From positions 96,001 through 160,000 of the forward strand of contig CBDCTZ010000016.1 in the NCBI GenBank assembly GCA_965222375.1: a stretch of DNA of 64,000 nucleotides, written 5' to 3'. Shown piece by piece: positions 47,106 through 57,102 of the stretch. The position numbers were made by a program, and so were the translations under genes. The notes under the pieces were generated by a model. It was not told where the DNA came from. It saw only the letters and a list, made by a program, of their open reading frames with translations, and searched no databases. Position 1 is the first letter of the stretch. Each line of letters begins with the position of its first letter. This DNA comes from Polyangiaceae bacterium. Lineage in GTDB: Bacteria; Myxococcota_A; Polyangia; Polyangiales; Polyangiaceae.

Positions 47106-48929
47106 TCAGTGTTGCAAACTGGCCAGGTCGATGCTGCCGCGGTGGCTGCGTTTCATCTTCTTGGTGAGCTCGACCACGAACGGGTGCTCGCGGTCGATGG
47201 CGCGCAGGTCGTAGACGAGGTGGGCGAGCATCTGGCGATCGCCTAGCAGCGCCAAAGCGGTGGCTTGCTCGCGGGTCCGAGAAGCGAGTATTTCGAGGGT
47301 TGCTTCGTCGTTGTAGCCATCCCGAGTGGCGGCTTCGAAAACCCGGCGGGACGAATCCAGACCTTTGCGAAACGCCACACGACGATCCGAGCGACCTCGC
47401 GCGTGGGGCGCGAAGCCCATCCAAAGCGCTTGGGGCACCACGTGGTGGACCAGGCGTCGATCCCACTCGGGGTCCAACTCCACGTACAACGGGCGAAGAT
47501 CCGAGAGACTGGAAAGAGCGTATTCGTGGGGTCGACCCGCGAGTGACATGTCGCGAATCAATGGCGCGAGCCCGGGTTCGAGAGCGAGGAGGCGCCGAGC
47601 AACGCTGCCGCGATCCAGAAGTGGGGTCGGGACCACGACGACATCTGGACGGGCGCCTCGAACCGTTCGCGCTGCCCAGAGCCGCCAAGCCACGGCCTCG
47701 TTCTGAACCAACACGAGACTGCGGGGCGGAAGTCGGCCAAGAGCTTCATCAGTCCACACGTCCGCCGCCAATTGGCTCCGACGATTGGCTACGTAGGATG
47801 AATCCTCCGCGGTCATCAGAACCAGCGTGACCTGGAACGCAACCAGCAGCGCGGCGATGGGGCGCCCGAAAGGCAGCTTCGCGTGCATCGCGAGGAAGGC
47901 CACCGAGTGCACGCCGAGCACGGAGAGAACGGCAGCAACCGCCAAGGCGTTCAATCGCACGGCGGCAAGAGAATCAGGCGCCAACATGCCCGTCGTGCTA
48001 GCGGGAAAAGCCAGATCTGCGACGACGAGGGCGCACAGCGGCGCCACGATCCAGCGGGTCCGGGCGCGAGCCAGGCCCCACAGAGCTCCGACCGCGGCGA
48101 GGGTCATCGAGATGATGCCCGCTTCCTTCAGCCACACCGCCAGGGCGCCCGGGCGATCCGCGGCCGAGTCTGGCGCAACGGCGCCGACGGCAGAGAGCCC
48201 GAGCCCCAAGTGGATCCAGGCGCGCTCGGATAGCGCGCGCAAAAGCATTGGCGCCAAGCACAGTGCCGCGGTGAAGGCGGCGCCGCACACCGCAAGCACG
48301 ACGCTGCGCCGCGACGGCGCGTCGCCCAGCACGCCCACTTGAACCGCGAGCGCAAACAGCAGCGCAACTCCCGCAGCGTGACTCTCCAAAGTGGTCAGCG
48401 CCACGAAGGCGCCAAAGCCGAGCCAAACGCGCGCGTCATGGCGCTGGGCAGTGGGTCGCAAGAGTAGGCCCAACAAAACGAGGGACGCCGCCAGCGGCGC
48501 GCCACCAGCAATCGTGCCTTCCAGCTGCACAGAGGAGGAGAGTGCCGCCGTCAGAGAAGCGGCTAAGGCCAGCCACGGCGTGAGCCGCGGAGTCCAGGCG
48601 TTGTGCTCCATCACGCGGTTGGCGAGGACGAACACCAGGCGAGAGAGCAGCGCTACGCCGATCACACCGACGAGGCTGGCGCGGGAGATGCGCCCACCGA
48701 ATGGCAGCAGGCTGAGCAACTGCATCGCCACGCTCGACAGCACGCCCTCGCCGCCAAAGGGCACGAAGCCCAGCCCTCGAACGATCGGCATATCGTCCCG
48801 CCACTGGGTCGACCCGGTGGCACGCCACAGGGTCAACCCCAGGGGCAGCGCGAAGGAGAGCCACGCCGCCACGCCATGGAGCGGGCTGCGCTCACGGCAT
48901 TCAGGCAGGGGGCCGGCCTCGACACTCAC
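47106..48929 (-). CDS. Polytopic membrane protein, possibly DUF2723/GT-C-like
   Basis: About ten TM helices then a soluble domain (RPDVVVV, RPLYVE); divergent from aspS; start uncertain. Confidence 0.6.
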   Translation of the reverse strand: MSVEAGPLPECRERSPLHGVAAWLSFALPLGLTLWRATGSTQWRDDMPIVRGLGFVPFGGEGVLSSVAMQLLSLLPFGGRISRASLVGVIGVALLSRLVFVLANRVMEHNAWTPRLTPWLALAASLTAALSSSVQLEGTIAGGAPLAASLVLLGLLLRPTAQRHDARVWLGFGAFVALTTLESHAAGVALLFALAVQVGVLGDAPSRRSVVLAVCGAAFTAALCLAPMLLRALSERAWIHLGLGLSAVGAVAPDSAADRPGALAVWLKEAGIISMTLAAVGALWGLARARTRWIVAPLCALVVADLAFPASTTGMLAPDSLAAVRLNALAVAAVLSVLGVHSVAFLAMHAKLPFGRPIAALLVAFQVTLVLMTAEDSSYVANRRSQLAADVWTDEALGRLPPRSLVLVQNEAVAWRLWAARTVRGARPDVVVVPTPLLDRGSVARRLLALEPGLAPLIRDMSLAGRPHEYALSSLSDLRPLYVELDPEWDRRLVHHVVPQALWMGFAPHARGRSDRRVAFRKGLDSSRRVFEAATRDGYNDEATLEILASRTREQATALALLGDRQMLAHLVYDLRAIDREHPFVVELTKKMKRSHRGSIDLASLQH

Positions 48930-49050
48930 CTCGCTTGGGTGCCAGAACCTGGAAAACCGGCCCAGTTTTCGGGGCCCCACATTCCGGACTTTTGGCCGGA
49001 ATGCTCGAATTCTTCCCCACTCCTGCCCTGCTTGGCTTAAGCCACCATCC

Positions 49051-50943
49051 GTGGCCCGCTTCATCGACGAGCTCAAGAGGACTCATGACAACGGCGCTCT
49101 GGGCGCCGACAACATCGGTAACGAGGTCGTGCTGTTTGGCTGGGTGGAAAGCCGCCGAGATCACGGCAACCTGATCTTCATCGATCTGCGCGACCGGGAA
49201 GGCATCACGCAAATCGTCTTCGATCCGGAATCTTCCGCCGAAGCACACACGCTCGCGGAGCAGATCCGCCCGGAATGGGTCGTCGGCATCCGTGGAAAAG
49301 TTCGGTCCCGGGGAGAGCAGTTCAGCAAGAAGGAGAACAAGATGGTCTCCGCAGCGAACCCCAATCTGGCCACGGGCGAGATTGAGGTCGAAGTGCTGGA
49401 GGCCTCGGTGTTCAACCGTTCGGAGACGCCGCCCTTCGAAATCGCCGACGACATCGACACCCGCGAGGAGATCCGCCTGCAGTACCGCTATCTGGATCTA
49501 CGCCGGCCCGCGCTCCAGCGCAGCTTGCGCATGCGTCACTCGATCAACCACGCCACGCGCAACTACTTGTCCAGTCAAGGCTGTCTCGAGATCGAAACAC
49601 CATTCTTGGTCAAATACACGCCCGGAGGTGCACGCAACTTCCTGGTTCCCTCCCGACTCAGCCCCGGCAAGTTCTACGCTCTGGCCGAGAGCCCTCAGAT
49701 CTTCAAGCAGCTGTTCATGGTCGCCGGCTACGAGCGTTACTACCAGATCGTGCGCTGCTTTCGAGACGAGGACCTGCGCCTCGATCGCCAGCCCGAGTTC
49801 ACGCAGATCGACATCGAAATGTCCTTCGTGAACCAGGACGACATCTTCGACCTAGTTGAAGGCCTGATCTTCGCCGTCTGGAAGGCCGCGCTGGATATCG
49901 ACCTCAAAAAGCTCTACCCAGATGGTCGTTTTCCCCGAATGAAGTTCGATGACTCGATGCGAGATTACGGCAACGACAAGCCCGACCTGCGCTTCGACAT
50001 GAAGCACTTCGACCTGACCCAGCTGGTGGTCGAGCACGCGGGTGGCGGGATCCCGTTCTGGAAACCCATCGCGGAAAAATTCGCCTCGGGCGCGTACCGC
50101 CCGGACTTGCCTGCGGAAATCGTGAAATGCATGCGCGTGCCCAAGGACGCGGGGCTCTCGCGCACGGACACGGACAAGCTCGAGGCGCTCGCCAAAAACC
50201 TCGGCGCAGCGGGGCTGGCGCGGGCCAAGGTGGCGGCGGACGGCAGCTGGACTCAATCGCCCCTGGCCAAGAGCATCACTCCTGAGCTGCGCAGCGCCAT
50301 CAATGCCGCGGCGGGCGCCGGCGAAGGCGACTTGCTGCTGTTTCAGTTCGGTAAAGCAAGCCTGGTCCACATGGTGTTGGCCAACCTGCGGGTACACCTG
50401 GCCAAGAAGCTCGGCATGATTCCAGATGTCGGGCACGGCAATCAGTGGAACTTCTTGTGGGTGGTCGATCCACCACTGTTCGAGCACGACGAAGCCACCG
50501 ACAGCTGGGTCGCCGCGCACCACGCCTTCACTCGGCCCCACGACGAAAGCGTGCCTCTGATCGATTCAGATCCGGGCAAGGTGCTCTGCTATCGATACGA
50601 CTTGGTGCTCAATGGTTTCGAGGTCGCGGGCGGCTCCATTCGTCTGCACGACCCAGAGGTGCAAGCCAAAGTGTTTGCCGCCCTCGGCATCGAGGACGAG
50701 GACGCTCAAGAGAAGTTCGGCTTCCTTCTGTCAGCCTTGCGCTTTGGGGCACCGCCCCACGGCGGCATCGCCTTGGGCATGGATCGCCTCGCCATGCTCC
50801 TAGCGGGTTCGGACAGTATTCGCGACGTGATCGCGTTCCCCAAGACGCAGAAGGGCACGGACGTGATGAGTGACGCGCCCAATGCCGTCAGCCCAGAGCA
50901 ATTGGCCGAGCTGCACGTCCGCAGTGTCGCGCCGGATAGCTGA
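49051..50943 (+). CDS. aspS: Aspartate--tRNA ligase
   Basis: GWVESRRDHGNLIFIDLRD, RYLDLRR, FRDEDLRLDRQPEFTQ, GGSIR, GAPPHGGIALGMDR, AFPKT. Confidence 0.97.
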   Translation: MARFIDELKRTHDNGALGADNIGNEVVLFGWVESRRDHGNLIFIDLRDREGITQIVFDPESSAEAHTLAEQIRPEWVVGIRGKVRSRGEQFSKKENKMVSAANPNLATGEIEVEVLEASVFNRSETPPFEIADDIDTREEIRLQYRYLDLRRPALQRSLRMRHSINHATRNYLSSQGCLEIETPFLVKYTPGGARNFLVPSRLSPGKFYALAESPQIFKQLFMVAGYERYYQIVRCFRDEDLRLDRQPEFTQIDIEMSFVNQDDIFDLVEGLIFAVWKAALDIDLKKLYPDGRFPRMKFDDSMRDYGNDKPDLRFDMKHFDLTQLVVEHAGGGIPFWKPIAEKFASGAYRPDLPAEIVKCMRVPKDAGLSRTDTDKLEALAKNLGAAGLARAKVAADGSWTQSPLAKSITPELRSAINAAAGAGEGDLLLFQFGKASLVHMVLANLRVHLAKKLGMIPDVGHGNQWNFLWVVDPPLFEHDEATDSWVAAHHAFTRPHDESVPLIDSDPGKVLCYRYDLVLNGFEVAGGSIRLHDPEVQAKVFAALGIEDEDAQEKFGFLLSALRFGAPPHGGIALGMDRLAMLLAGSDSIRDVIAFPKTQKGTDVMSDAPNAVSPEQLAELHVRSVAPDS

Positions 50944-51000
50944 AGGGCCGCAACCCGAGACGCAAGCGCGAGAGTAGCGCTCCAGCGCCGCCCCAGGGCT

Positions 51001-51029
51001 CACCCCTTCGGGTGTTGCCCCTTCGGGCA
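51001..51029. terminator. Two tandem short hairpins between convergent genes
   Basis: CACCC-CTTC-GGGTG and TGCCC-CTTC-GGGCA. Confidence 0.4.
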
Positions 51030-51085
51030 TCGCGAAGCGCGTCACAAGCGCGTCGACCCCAACCCAAGCTAGGGCAGCGAAATCC

Positions 51086-51919
51086 TCAGCTGGAAACGCA
51101 GGCTGCTTTGCAGTCAGTAGTTGGCGGGATCAAACCCGCGGCGAGCGCGCAGCCACAGGTTTCGAGGCACTCGTCTATGCCCGCGACCTGACTGGGACAG
51201 CCAGCGCATTGGTCCGCAGGAGTGCACGGTTGAATCGGAACCTCCACGATGCCGCCAGGGGCAGGCAGGGTGAAGTCGACCTCCACCGGGTGCGACACGT
51301 TGCCGATCTGCGCGTCCTGCTCAGACGCGTAGACGTTGACCTTGAGCCGATACTTGCCCGCGGGCGCGACGTGCTTGTTGTGACAGTCGCAGCCCTGCTT
51401 GGTCTGTTCGAAGGTATATTCGTAACCAGCCCAGTCACCATCGAGCGGCGCACCGGACGTGACTTGTTTGGCGCTCTGCGCGCAGGCACCGCAGGCGATG
51501 CAGCCGCCGGTGTCGGCTTCTTTGCAGTCGACGGTGCAGTCGCCGTTGCGTACCAGCGAGCCGGCGTATCCGTCGGCACACGACGAAACCGTGTATTGCA
51601 GCCGGCAATCCTCTCGAACGTAAAAGGGCTTGAAGGAAGAGTTCGTGAACCGGAACTTGACGGCATACGGACCGGGGCCAGGCGAGGGAACCTGACACGC
51701 CGGCGGCATGCCTCCGGTTCCAGCGGAACCGCCCACGCTGCCGCCGGTACCGCCAGTAGTGCCCGCAGTTCCTCCCGTGCTTCCGCCAGAGCCGCCCGTC
51801 GCGCCGCCGCTGCCCGCATTGCCCCCGCTGCCGTCACCCGAGGTGCTGCCCCCGCAAGCTAGCGGAGCCGACGCCAGAACAACGGCCAGGGTGCCAAGGA
51901 CGCGTGGGAAATGTGCCAT
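51086..51919 (-). CDS. Cys-rich lipoprotein with Gly linker
   Basis: Lipobox PLAC; CTVDC...CIACGAC. Confidence 0.8.
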   Translation of the reverse strand: MAHFPRVLGTLAVVLASAPLACGGSTSGDGSGGNAGSGGATGGSGGSTGGTAGTTGGTGGSVGGSAGTGGMPPACQVPSPGPGPYAVKFRFTNSSFKPFYVREDCRLQYTVSSCADGYAGSLVRNGDCTVDCKEADTGGCIACGACAQSAKQVTSGAPLDGDWAGYEYTFEQTKQGCDCHNKHVAPAGKYRLKVNVYASEQDAQIGNVSHPVEVDFTLPAPGGIVEVPIQPCTPADQCAGCPSQVAGIDECLETCGCALAAGLIPPTTDCKAACVSS

Positions 51920-51931
51920 AGCGTAGGTAAT

Positions 51932-51947
51932 CGCAACTCTCGTGCCG
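51932..51947 (-). promoter_or_regulatory. Sigma54 (-24/-12) promoter
   Basis: Minus strand CGGCAC-GAGAG-TTGCG matches YGGCAC-N5-TTGC, 12 nt upstream of ATG 51919. Confidence 0.65.
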
Positions 51948-52087
51948 CCGACTCACGAGGGCAGAAACCGGCTTTTCACGGGAATTAGCGGTCCGGGGCG
52001 TGGCACGCTGGCACAGCCGCCCCGGACAGCGGTGTCGCCACGCTTGATTCCCGCCGCGGCTCCGCCCACCATCGCTGACGCTTCGCC

Positions 52088-53482
52088 ATGGGCGCGCGCA
52101 TCCTAGTCGTCGACGACAGCCCCACCATTCGAAAGGTGGTGACGTCCATCCTCGAAGCGAGTTCTTTCGAGACGATCGCGGCCGAAGATGGTCAGGACGC
52201 TCTGGAAAAGCTGCAGAACGGCACCACCGTCGACCTGGTGCTTCTGGACTTCGTGATGCCGCGCATGAACGGCTACCAGTTCTGCCGTGAGCTGCGAAAC
52301 GATCCCGACCGCCGCCATCTGCCCGTCGTGCTGATGAGCGCGAAAGGCGACAAGATCCGTGGACAGTTCGTACAGCAGACGGGCGCCATCGACGCCATCA
52401 CGAAACCCTTCGATGCGCGGGGTTTGGTCGCAGTCGTCGAAGGAGCCCTGGCGCGCAAGGAAGAAGGGCGAGCTCGTCCGGTGCCGGACGGCGACACGAT
52501 GCCCGACGAGGAAACCGTCGCCGAGAGCCTGGCGCCGAGTTCTCTCGTCCCGAGTGAAGATCCGCACATCCGCCGAGCGGCAACGGCGCGGGAGTTTGCG
52601 GCAGCACTTGCGCGCCTGGTCGCATCGGAGTTGCGCAAACTGCCCGGCACCTCGGAGCTACGGGACGACCAGCTGGAAACGACTTTTCAGCGCGGCATCA
52701 CGCCTGAGAACTTGGGGCAGCTGTCAGCGCTGCTGAGAACCCTGGACTTCGGCGCCAGCACCCAGGAGGTGCTCGCAGGCGACATCAGCGTCATCTCCAT
52801 CGCGGAAATCCTGCAGCTGCTCCATCTTCAGCGCCAAACGGGCGCCTTGGTCGTGTCCAACCGCAAGTCAGAAATCACCCTATTCGTCCGCGAGGGCAAC
52901 ATAGACCTGGCGGCCTCCCGCGGCGTGCGGGACGAGTTCCTCTTGGGGCGCTACCTGCTCGAGTCCGCTGCGGTCACCAAGGAAGACTTGGAGACGATGT
53001 TGGCCGAGGGAACCCAAACCCGCCCGCTTGGTGAACGCTTGATCGAGGTCGGGCTAGTCGAAAAAGAAGCTGTGGAGCTCGCCCTGACTCGGCAAACCTC
53101 GGAGCTCGTGTACGAAGTAGTGCGCTGGAAGACCGGACGTTTCACCTTCACGGTCGGCCTGCCGCCGGAGGTTCAGGTCACTCGCTTGGGACTTTCCACG
53201 GGAGCGCTGGTGATGGAAGGCTTCCGGCGCGTGGACGAGTGGCGCATGATCGAAGGCACCTTCGACTTCGACGAAGTCCTGGTCAAAGACATGGTCGCCC
53301 TGGAAAGTTTGGGCGAAGACGCACAGCTGACCGACAAAGAGAGAACCGTACTCGAGGCCATCGACGGCGACCGCACGGTTCGAGAAATCGTCGAAGAGCG
53401 TGCCGGGAGTTCCTTCGAGGTCTGCAAGATCCTGTACCAGCTGATCAACTCGCGCTTGGTGCGCCGGAAAGGCCAAGCGTGA
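52088..53482 (+). CDS. Response regulator with DUF4388/PATAN-like domain
   Basis: VVDDS, LLDFVMPRMNG, KPF; EILQLLHLQRQTGAL...WKTGRFTF...MEGFRRVDEW. Confidence 0.88.
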   Translation: MGARILVVDDSPTIRKVVTSILEASSFETIAAEDGQDALEKLQNGTTVDLVLLDFVMPRMNGYQFCRELRNDPDRRHLPVVLMSAKGDKIRGQFVQQTGAIDAITKPFDARGLVAVVEGALARKEEGRARPVPDGDTMPDEETVAESLAPSSLVPSEDPHIRRAATAREFAAALARLVASELRKLPGTSELRDDQLETTFQRGITPENLGQLSALLRTLDFGASTQEVLAGDISVISIAEILQLLHLQRQTGALVVSNRKSEITLFVREGNIDLAASRGVRDEFLLGRYLLESAAVTKEDLETMLAEGTQTRPLGERLIEVGLVEKEAVELALTRQTSELVYEVVRWKTGRFTFTVGLPPEVQVTRLGLSTGALVMEGFRRVDEWRMIEGTFDFDEVLVKDMVALESLGEDAQLTDKERTVLEAIDGDRTVREIVEERAGSSFEVCKILYQLINSRLVRRKGQA

Positions 53483-53841
53483 CGCGCCGCGCGGCGGTCG
53501 TGTTCCAGACCGATGGCCGGCTGCAATACCTGCCGGCGGAGGTGGTGCGCCGAATCATCAACCGGCCTGTGATAAGCCCGGTGCCTGCATCCGAGCTGGG
53601 CCTGTCCTTTGTGCAGGGGCGAGTCGCTGCCACGGTCGAGTTGGGCAGCGGGCCCCACGCTCTGGTTTGCGAACATGCGACGGACACCGTGACCCTCAGC
53701 GGCGTCATCGTGCAGCAAGTTGGCTTCTTCGATATCGAAGCCGACTGCTTGCTGTGGCAGGGCGATCGCGTCCAGGGCTTGGACGTGGCCAGCTGCCTGA
53801 CCGCGGCGCTGAATTCGAGGACCTCCGGGGCCGCTGAATGA
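53479..53841 (+). CDS. Degenerate CheW-like protein
   Basis: ISPVP...LGLSFVQGRVAATVEL; GTGA overlap with the upstream gene. Confidence 0.65.
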   Translation: MTRRAAVVFQTDGRLQYLPAEVVRRIINRPVISPVPASELGLSFVQGRVAATVELGSGPHALVCEHATDTVTLSGVIVQQVGFFDIEADCLLWQGDRVQGLDVASCLTAALNSRTSGAAE

Positions 53842-54614
53842 GCCTGCTAGGGCTGATCGCAGAGCGCATCAGAGGCAGTGCGCAGCCGCTGGCGTCTTCG
53901 CGATCGCCGCTGGACGACGCGGTGATGCTTCGCTCTCAGCAGTCGGCCGTGAGAGCGAATCAAAGTGCGTCCAGCGCTTGTCAGGAGCTTGGCGCTACCC
54001 TGGCGGAGCAGCGATCCCAACTGGATTCCGCCGGGGACAAGAGTCGGCTGATGATCGCGCGGGGTCAGGATACCCGAGCAACCATGCGTCGCACCCGAGA
54101 CGCCCTCGAACGCGCCAAGCTTGTCGCATTGAACACGGGCCTCGATGGAGCACGGCAGGGCGAAGCACGCGGCCGCGCCATGGTGCTCGTGGCTGAAGAG
54201 CTGACGGAGGTCGTTCGTGGTGGCCTCGCGGCCCTTGACGAGTTGGAACAGCTTTTCGGCGAGCTCGAGAGCGAAAGAGACCAACTCTCGCGCGACATCG
54301 ACGCGGCGCGCAGCAAGGGCAGCGAGCTTTCTCAAGGGCTTTTGCGCGCACAAGCGGCGCTGCGCACGAGCGAGGAAGCTGTCGCGCGCTTCGGCAGGTT
54401 GCTCGGCGAGACCACCGGAGGAGACGAAGACAGCGCGCGGCTGCTGGCGGAAGTGGCTGAGCACGCGCGGGGGCTCGTCACGGCGCTATCGGATCTGTCC
54501 ACCCGCTCGCGAAAAAGCTTCGTCTGGCGCGCGCTGCGGCCCACCCTGGCGCCGCTGCTCAGGCTGCTGCGCGACCTGGAGGCGCGGACGCAGAGCGGCG
54601 AGGACGCCCCGTGA
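53838..54614 (+). CDS. Short cytoplasmic MCP-like signalling protein
   Basis: Coiled coil with LVALNTGLDGARQGEARGRAMVLVAEEL (MCP hairpin-tip-like); no TM. Confidence 0.75.
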   Translation: MSLLGLIAERIRGSAQPLASSRSPLDDAVMLRSQQSAVRANQSASSACQELGATLAEQRSQLDSAGDKSRLMIARGQDTRATMRRTRDALERAKLVALNTGLDGARQGEARGRAMVLVAEELTEVVRGGLAALDELEQLFGELESERDQLSRDIDAARSKGSELSQGLLRAQAALRTSEEAVARFGRLLGETTGGDEDSARLLAEVAEHARGLVTALSDLSTRSRKSFVWRALRPTLAPLLRLLRDLEARTQSGEDAP

Positions 54615-56563
54615 CCCGAGAGGTGGACGCACTGCTCGCGGTCGAAATCGAGCGGCGCGTCACGCTCCTAGAAGCCGACGCAGGCGCCGCAAACGCCCGC
54701 AAGGTCTTACACGCCGTCCGCGGTTCGGCCGCTCTGGCGGGTCATGCAGAACTCTCCTTGGTGCTCGCTCACCTCGGTGCCCGACTGCGTGCCGGCGAGG
54801 AAGACGCCATCGCGACCGCCAAAACGGTGTTGGAAACGGCAGCCCAACGCTTGCGCGATGGGAAGGCGCCGATGGCCTCCGCCTGGCCCAGGCTGCCGGT
54901 CGGGCTCGGACCCCGCTTGGCTCAGGACAGCGGGGATGCGGACTACCACACGGCGATTCGAGATCGCCTCGCGGAACTCGAAACCGCCATCGCCAACGAC
55001 GACCCTCGAATGGCCTTGCGGGACGCTTATCGCATCGTGCACTCGATCAAGGGCGCCGCTGGAGCCGTGCACGACGACCTGCTCGCGTGGTACTGTCATG
55101 GGCTCGAAGCTTCCCTGAAAGGCGTGCCCGAAGACCAACTCGCAGCCACCCTGGAGGAGCTGCAGAAGCACCGTGGCGCGCTGGCGCTGATCTTCGAAGA
55201 CCCTGAACAAGCCTTGCGAACGCTGGGCGCGGATACGGTGTCGCCCCCTGCCTCTACGGCTACGCCCCGGAGCGCGTCAGAGTTGCCAGCAGCGGACGGA
55301 GCGGCGCTGCACATCGGGTCCCGCACTATCGACCGCTGGCTCGAGCGGCTGGAGCAGCTCTACGTTTTGGAGGAGACCCTGGGGTCATTGGCCGAGTCCG
55401 CCCGAGGGTCGGCAGACGTGCTGCGGACCTACCGCGCGAGTCTGCTGGAGGCGTTGCGCCAAATCGGCCCACCTCGGCCCTGGGGTGCCCCGGCCGCTGC
55501 GATCGTGCGTATCGAACGCGTGGCGCGCTCCTTGGCGAACATCGCAGACGGAGCGGAGCGCTCGCGCGGGGTCCTGCGCTACAACGCGGACGCAATTGGG
55601 CGCAGATATATGGAGCTCCGCGAAGAGTTGTCCCAACTCCGACGAACCACGGTGCTGGAGTTGCTCAATCGAGTTGCACGCGCCGCGGAACGCACGGTGG
55701 CTCGCGAAGCGCGTCTGGTCCGCGTGGAGATCACCGCGGAGGATGCACCCCTAGATCGCGGCATCGCGGAACGCCTTTTCGACCCGTTGCTTCAGCTGGT
55801 GCGCAACGCCGTGGCTCATGGCATCGAACCCCCACCGGAACGTGCGGAACGCGGGAAACCACCTGTGGGCACCATTACCCTCGGGGCGGAGCCGGCTGCG
55901 GATTGGCTTCGCATCACGGTGCGAGACGACGGGCGCGGCGTGGACTTCGCGGCGGTTCGCAAGATGGCCATCGAACGCCAACTGCTACCCGAGGACGTGG
56001 CCCAGTCGGCGTCGGATGCGGAACTGCTCGGCCTACTCGCCGAACCCGGCCTATCTCTTGCGCCGAGCGCAAGCATGCTCGCGGGGCGGGGCATCGGGCT
56101 GGACGTTGCCCGCGGGACGATCCAGAGCCTGGGTGGATCTCTCCGCTTCCGCAGCCGGCCCGGCAGCGGCGTGACTGCGAGCATCGAGGTGCCGAGGGAT
56201 CGCGCGATGGTCGACATCGTTTGGCTCCAATCCGGCAGCGTCGAACTCGCACTGCCACTCCGCTTCATCGAAGGCGTGACCCACGTGGACCACGCCGCCA
56301 AGGTTCGTTCACTGGCCCAATGTGTGGATGCGAAGGAGAGCGGGGGCGCGAAGCTCAGTGTCACATTGGTGCGATTCCCCGATGACAGCTGCGCCCTCGG
56401 CGTCGACCGCGTCGGTCAAACCGAATCCACGCGGCTCTTCCCCTTGCCTCAGGCCCTGACGCGAGCTGGGCCCTACAGCGGCAGTGTGCTGCGACGTGAC
56501 GGCCGCTTGGGTCTGGTTCTCGACGCCCAAGCACTCGCAGCACGGCTGGGCGCGGACGCCTGA
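54611..56563 (+). CDS. CheA-like kinase with two Hpt domains
   Basis: LHAVRGSA and VHSIKGAA; LVRNAVAHGIE, DDGRG, GRGIGLDV; C-terminal CheW-like domain. Confidence 0.88.
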   Translation: MTREVDALLAVEIERRVTLLEADAGAANARKVLHAVRGSAALAGHAELSLVLAHLGARLRAGEEDAIATAKTVLETAAQRLRDGKAPMASAWPRLPVGLGPRLAQDSGDADYHTAIRDRLAELETAIANDDPRMALRDAYRIVHSIKGAAGAVHDDLLAWYCHGLEASLKGVPEDQLAATLEELQKHRGALALIFEDPEQALRTLGADTVSPPASTATPRSASELPAADGAALHIGSRTIDRWLERLEQLYVLEETLGSLAESARGSADVLRTYRASLLEALRQIGPPRPWGAPAAAIVRIERVARSLANIADGAERSRGVLRYNADAIGRRYMELREELSQLRRTTVLELLNRVARAAERTVAREARLVRVEITAEDAPLDRGIAERLFDPLLQLVRNAVAHGIEPPPERAERGKPPVGTITLGAEPAADWLRITVRDDGRGVDFAAVRKMAIERQLLPEDVAQSASDAELLGLLAEPGLSLAPSASMLAGRGIGLDVARGTIQSLGGSLRFRSRPGSGVTASIEVPRDRAMVDIVWLQSGSVELALPLRFIEGVTHVDHAAKVRSLAQCVDAKESGGAKLSVTLVRFPDDSCALGVDRVGQTESTRLFPLPQALTRAGPYSGSVLRRDGRLGLVLDAQALAARLGADA

Positions 56564-56613
56564 ACCGACTATCCCTTGCAGCGCGGGCGCGGCAGCAAGA
56601 ACATCGCGCTCGG

Positions 56614-57102
56614 ATGCAGGTCGAAGCGTTCAAGTCAGCTGACCGAGACCGCGTGATGGCCGTCGCTAGCAGCGGCGAGCAAGCGCTCGACATAGATGCG
56701 GAGCTTGCCCGAGGCTGGGCCAAGCTGTGGGTGGCTCGAGAAGCCGAGGCTGGGCCGGCCATCGCATTCCTGCTTGCCTGGAACGTGGCGGACGAGTTGC
56801 ACATCATCAACTTGGCCACGCATCCAGATCATCGTCGAAAGGGCGCCGCCAAGGCGCTGCTTTTGGTTGCGCTGGATCATGCTCGCAGCGATCGTGCGCG
56901 ACTCGTGTTACTGGAGGTCCGCCGTTCGAACCGCTCAGCGCTGGAGCTGTACCGATCCCATGGCTTCTCCGCGATCGGGTTTCGACGCGGCTACTACTCC
57001 GAGAATGCCGAGGACGCCGTCGAGATGATGCTTGCTTTTGATCCGCACACTGGGTTGATCATACCTGGGCGCGACGAAATCCAACTGCCGAGGGGGAGCT
57101 GA
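56614..57102 (+). CDS. rimI: Ribosomal protein S18 alanine N-acetyltransferase
   Basis: DELHIINLA, RRKGAA, LEVRRSN...LY...GF...RRGYY...EDA. Confidence 0.9.
   Translation: MQVEAFKSADRDRVMAVASSGEQALDIDAELARGWAKLWVAREAEAGPAIAFLLAWNVADELHIINLATHPDHRRKGAAKALLLVALDHARSDRARLVLLEVRRSNRSALELYRSHGFSAIGFRRGYYSENAEDAVEMMLAFDPHTGLIIPGRDEIQLPRGS

Noticed and set aside
48391..49076. 850-aa AspRS with a long N-terminal extension
   Set aside because: The extension is antisense of the divergent membrane protein gene; AspRS similarity starts at GTG 49051.
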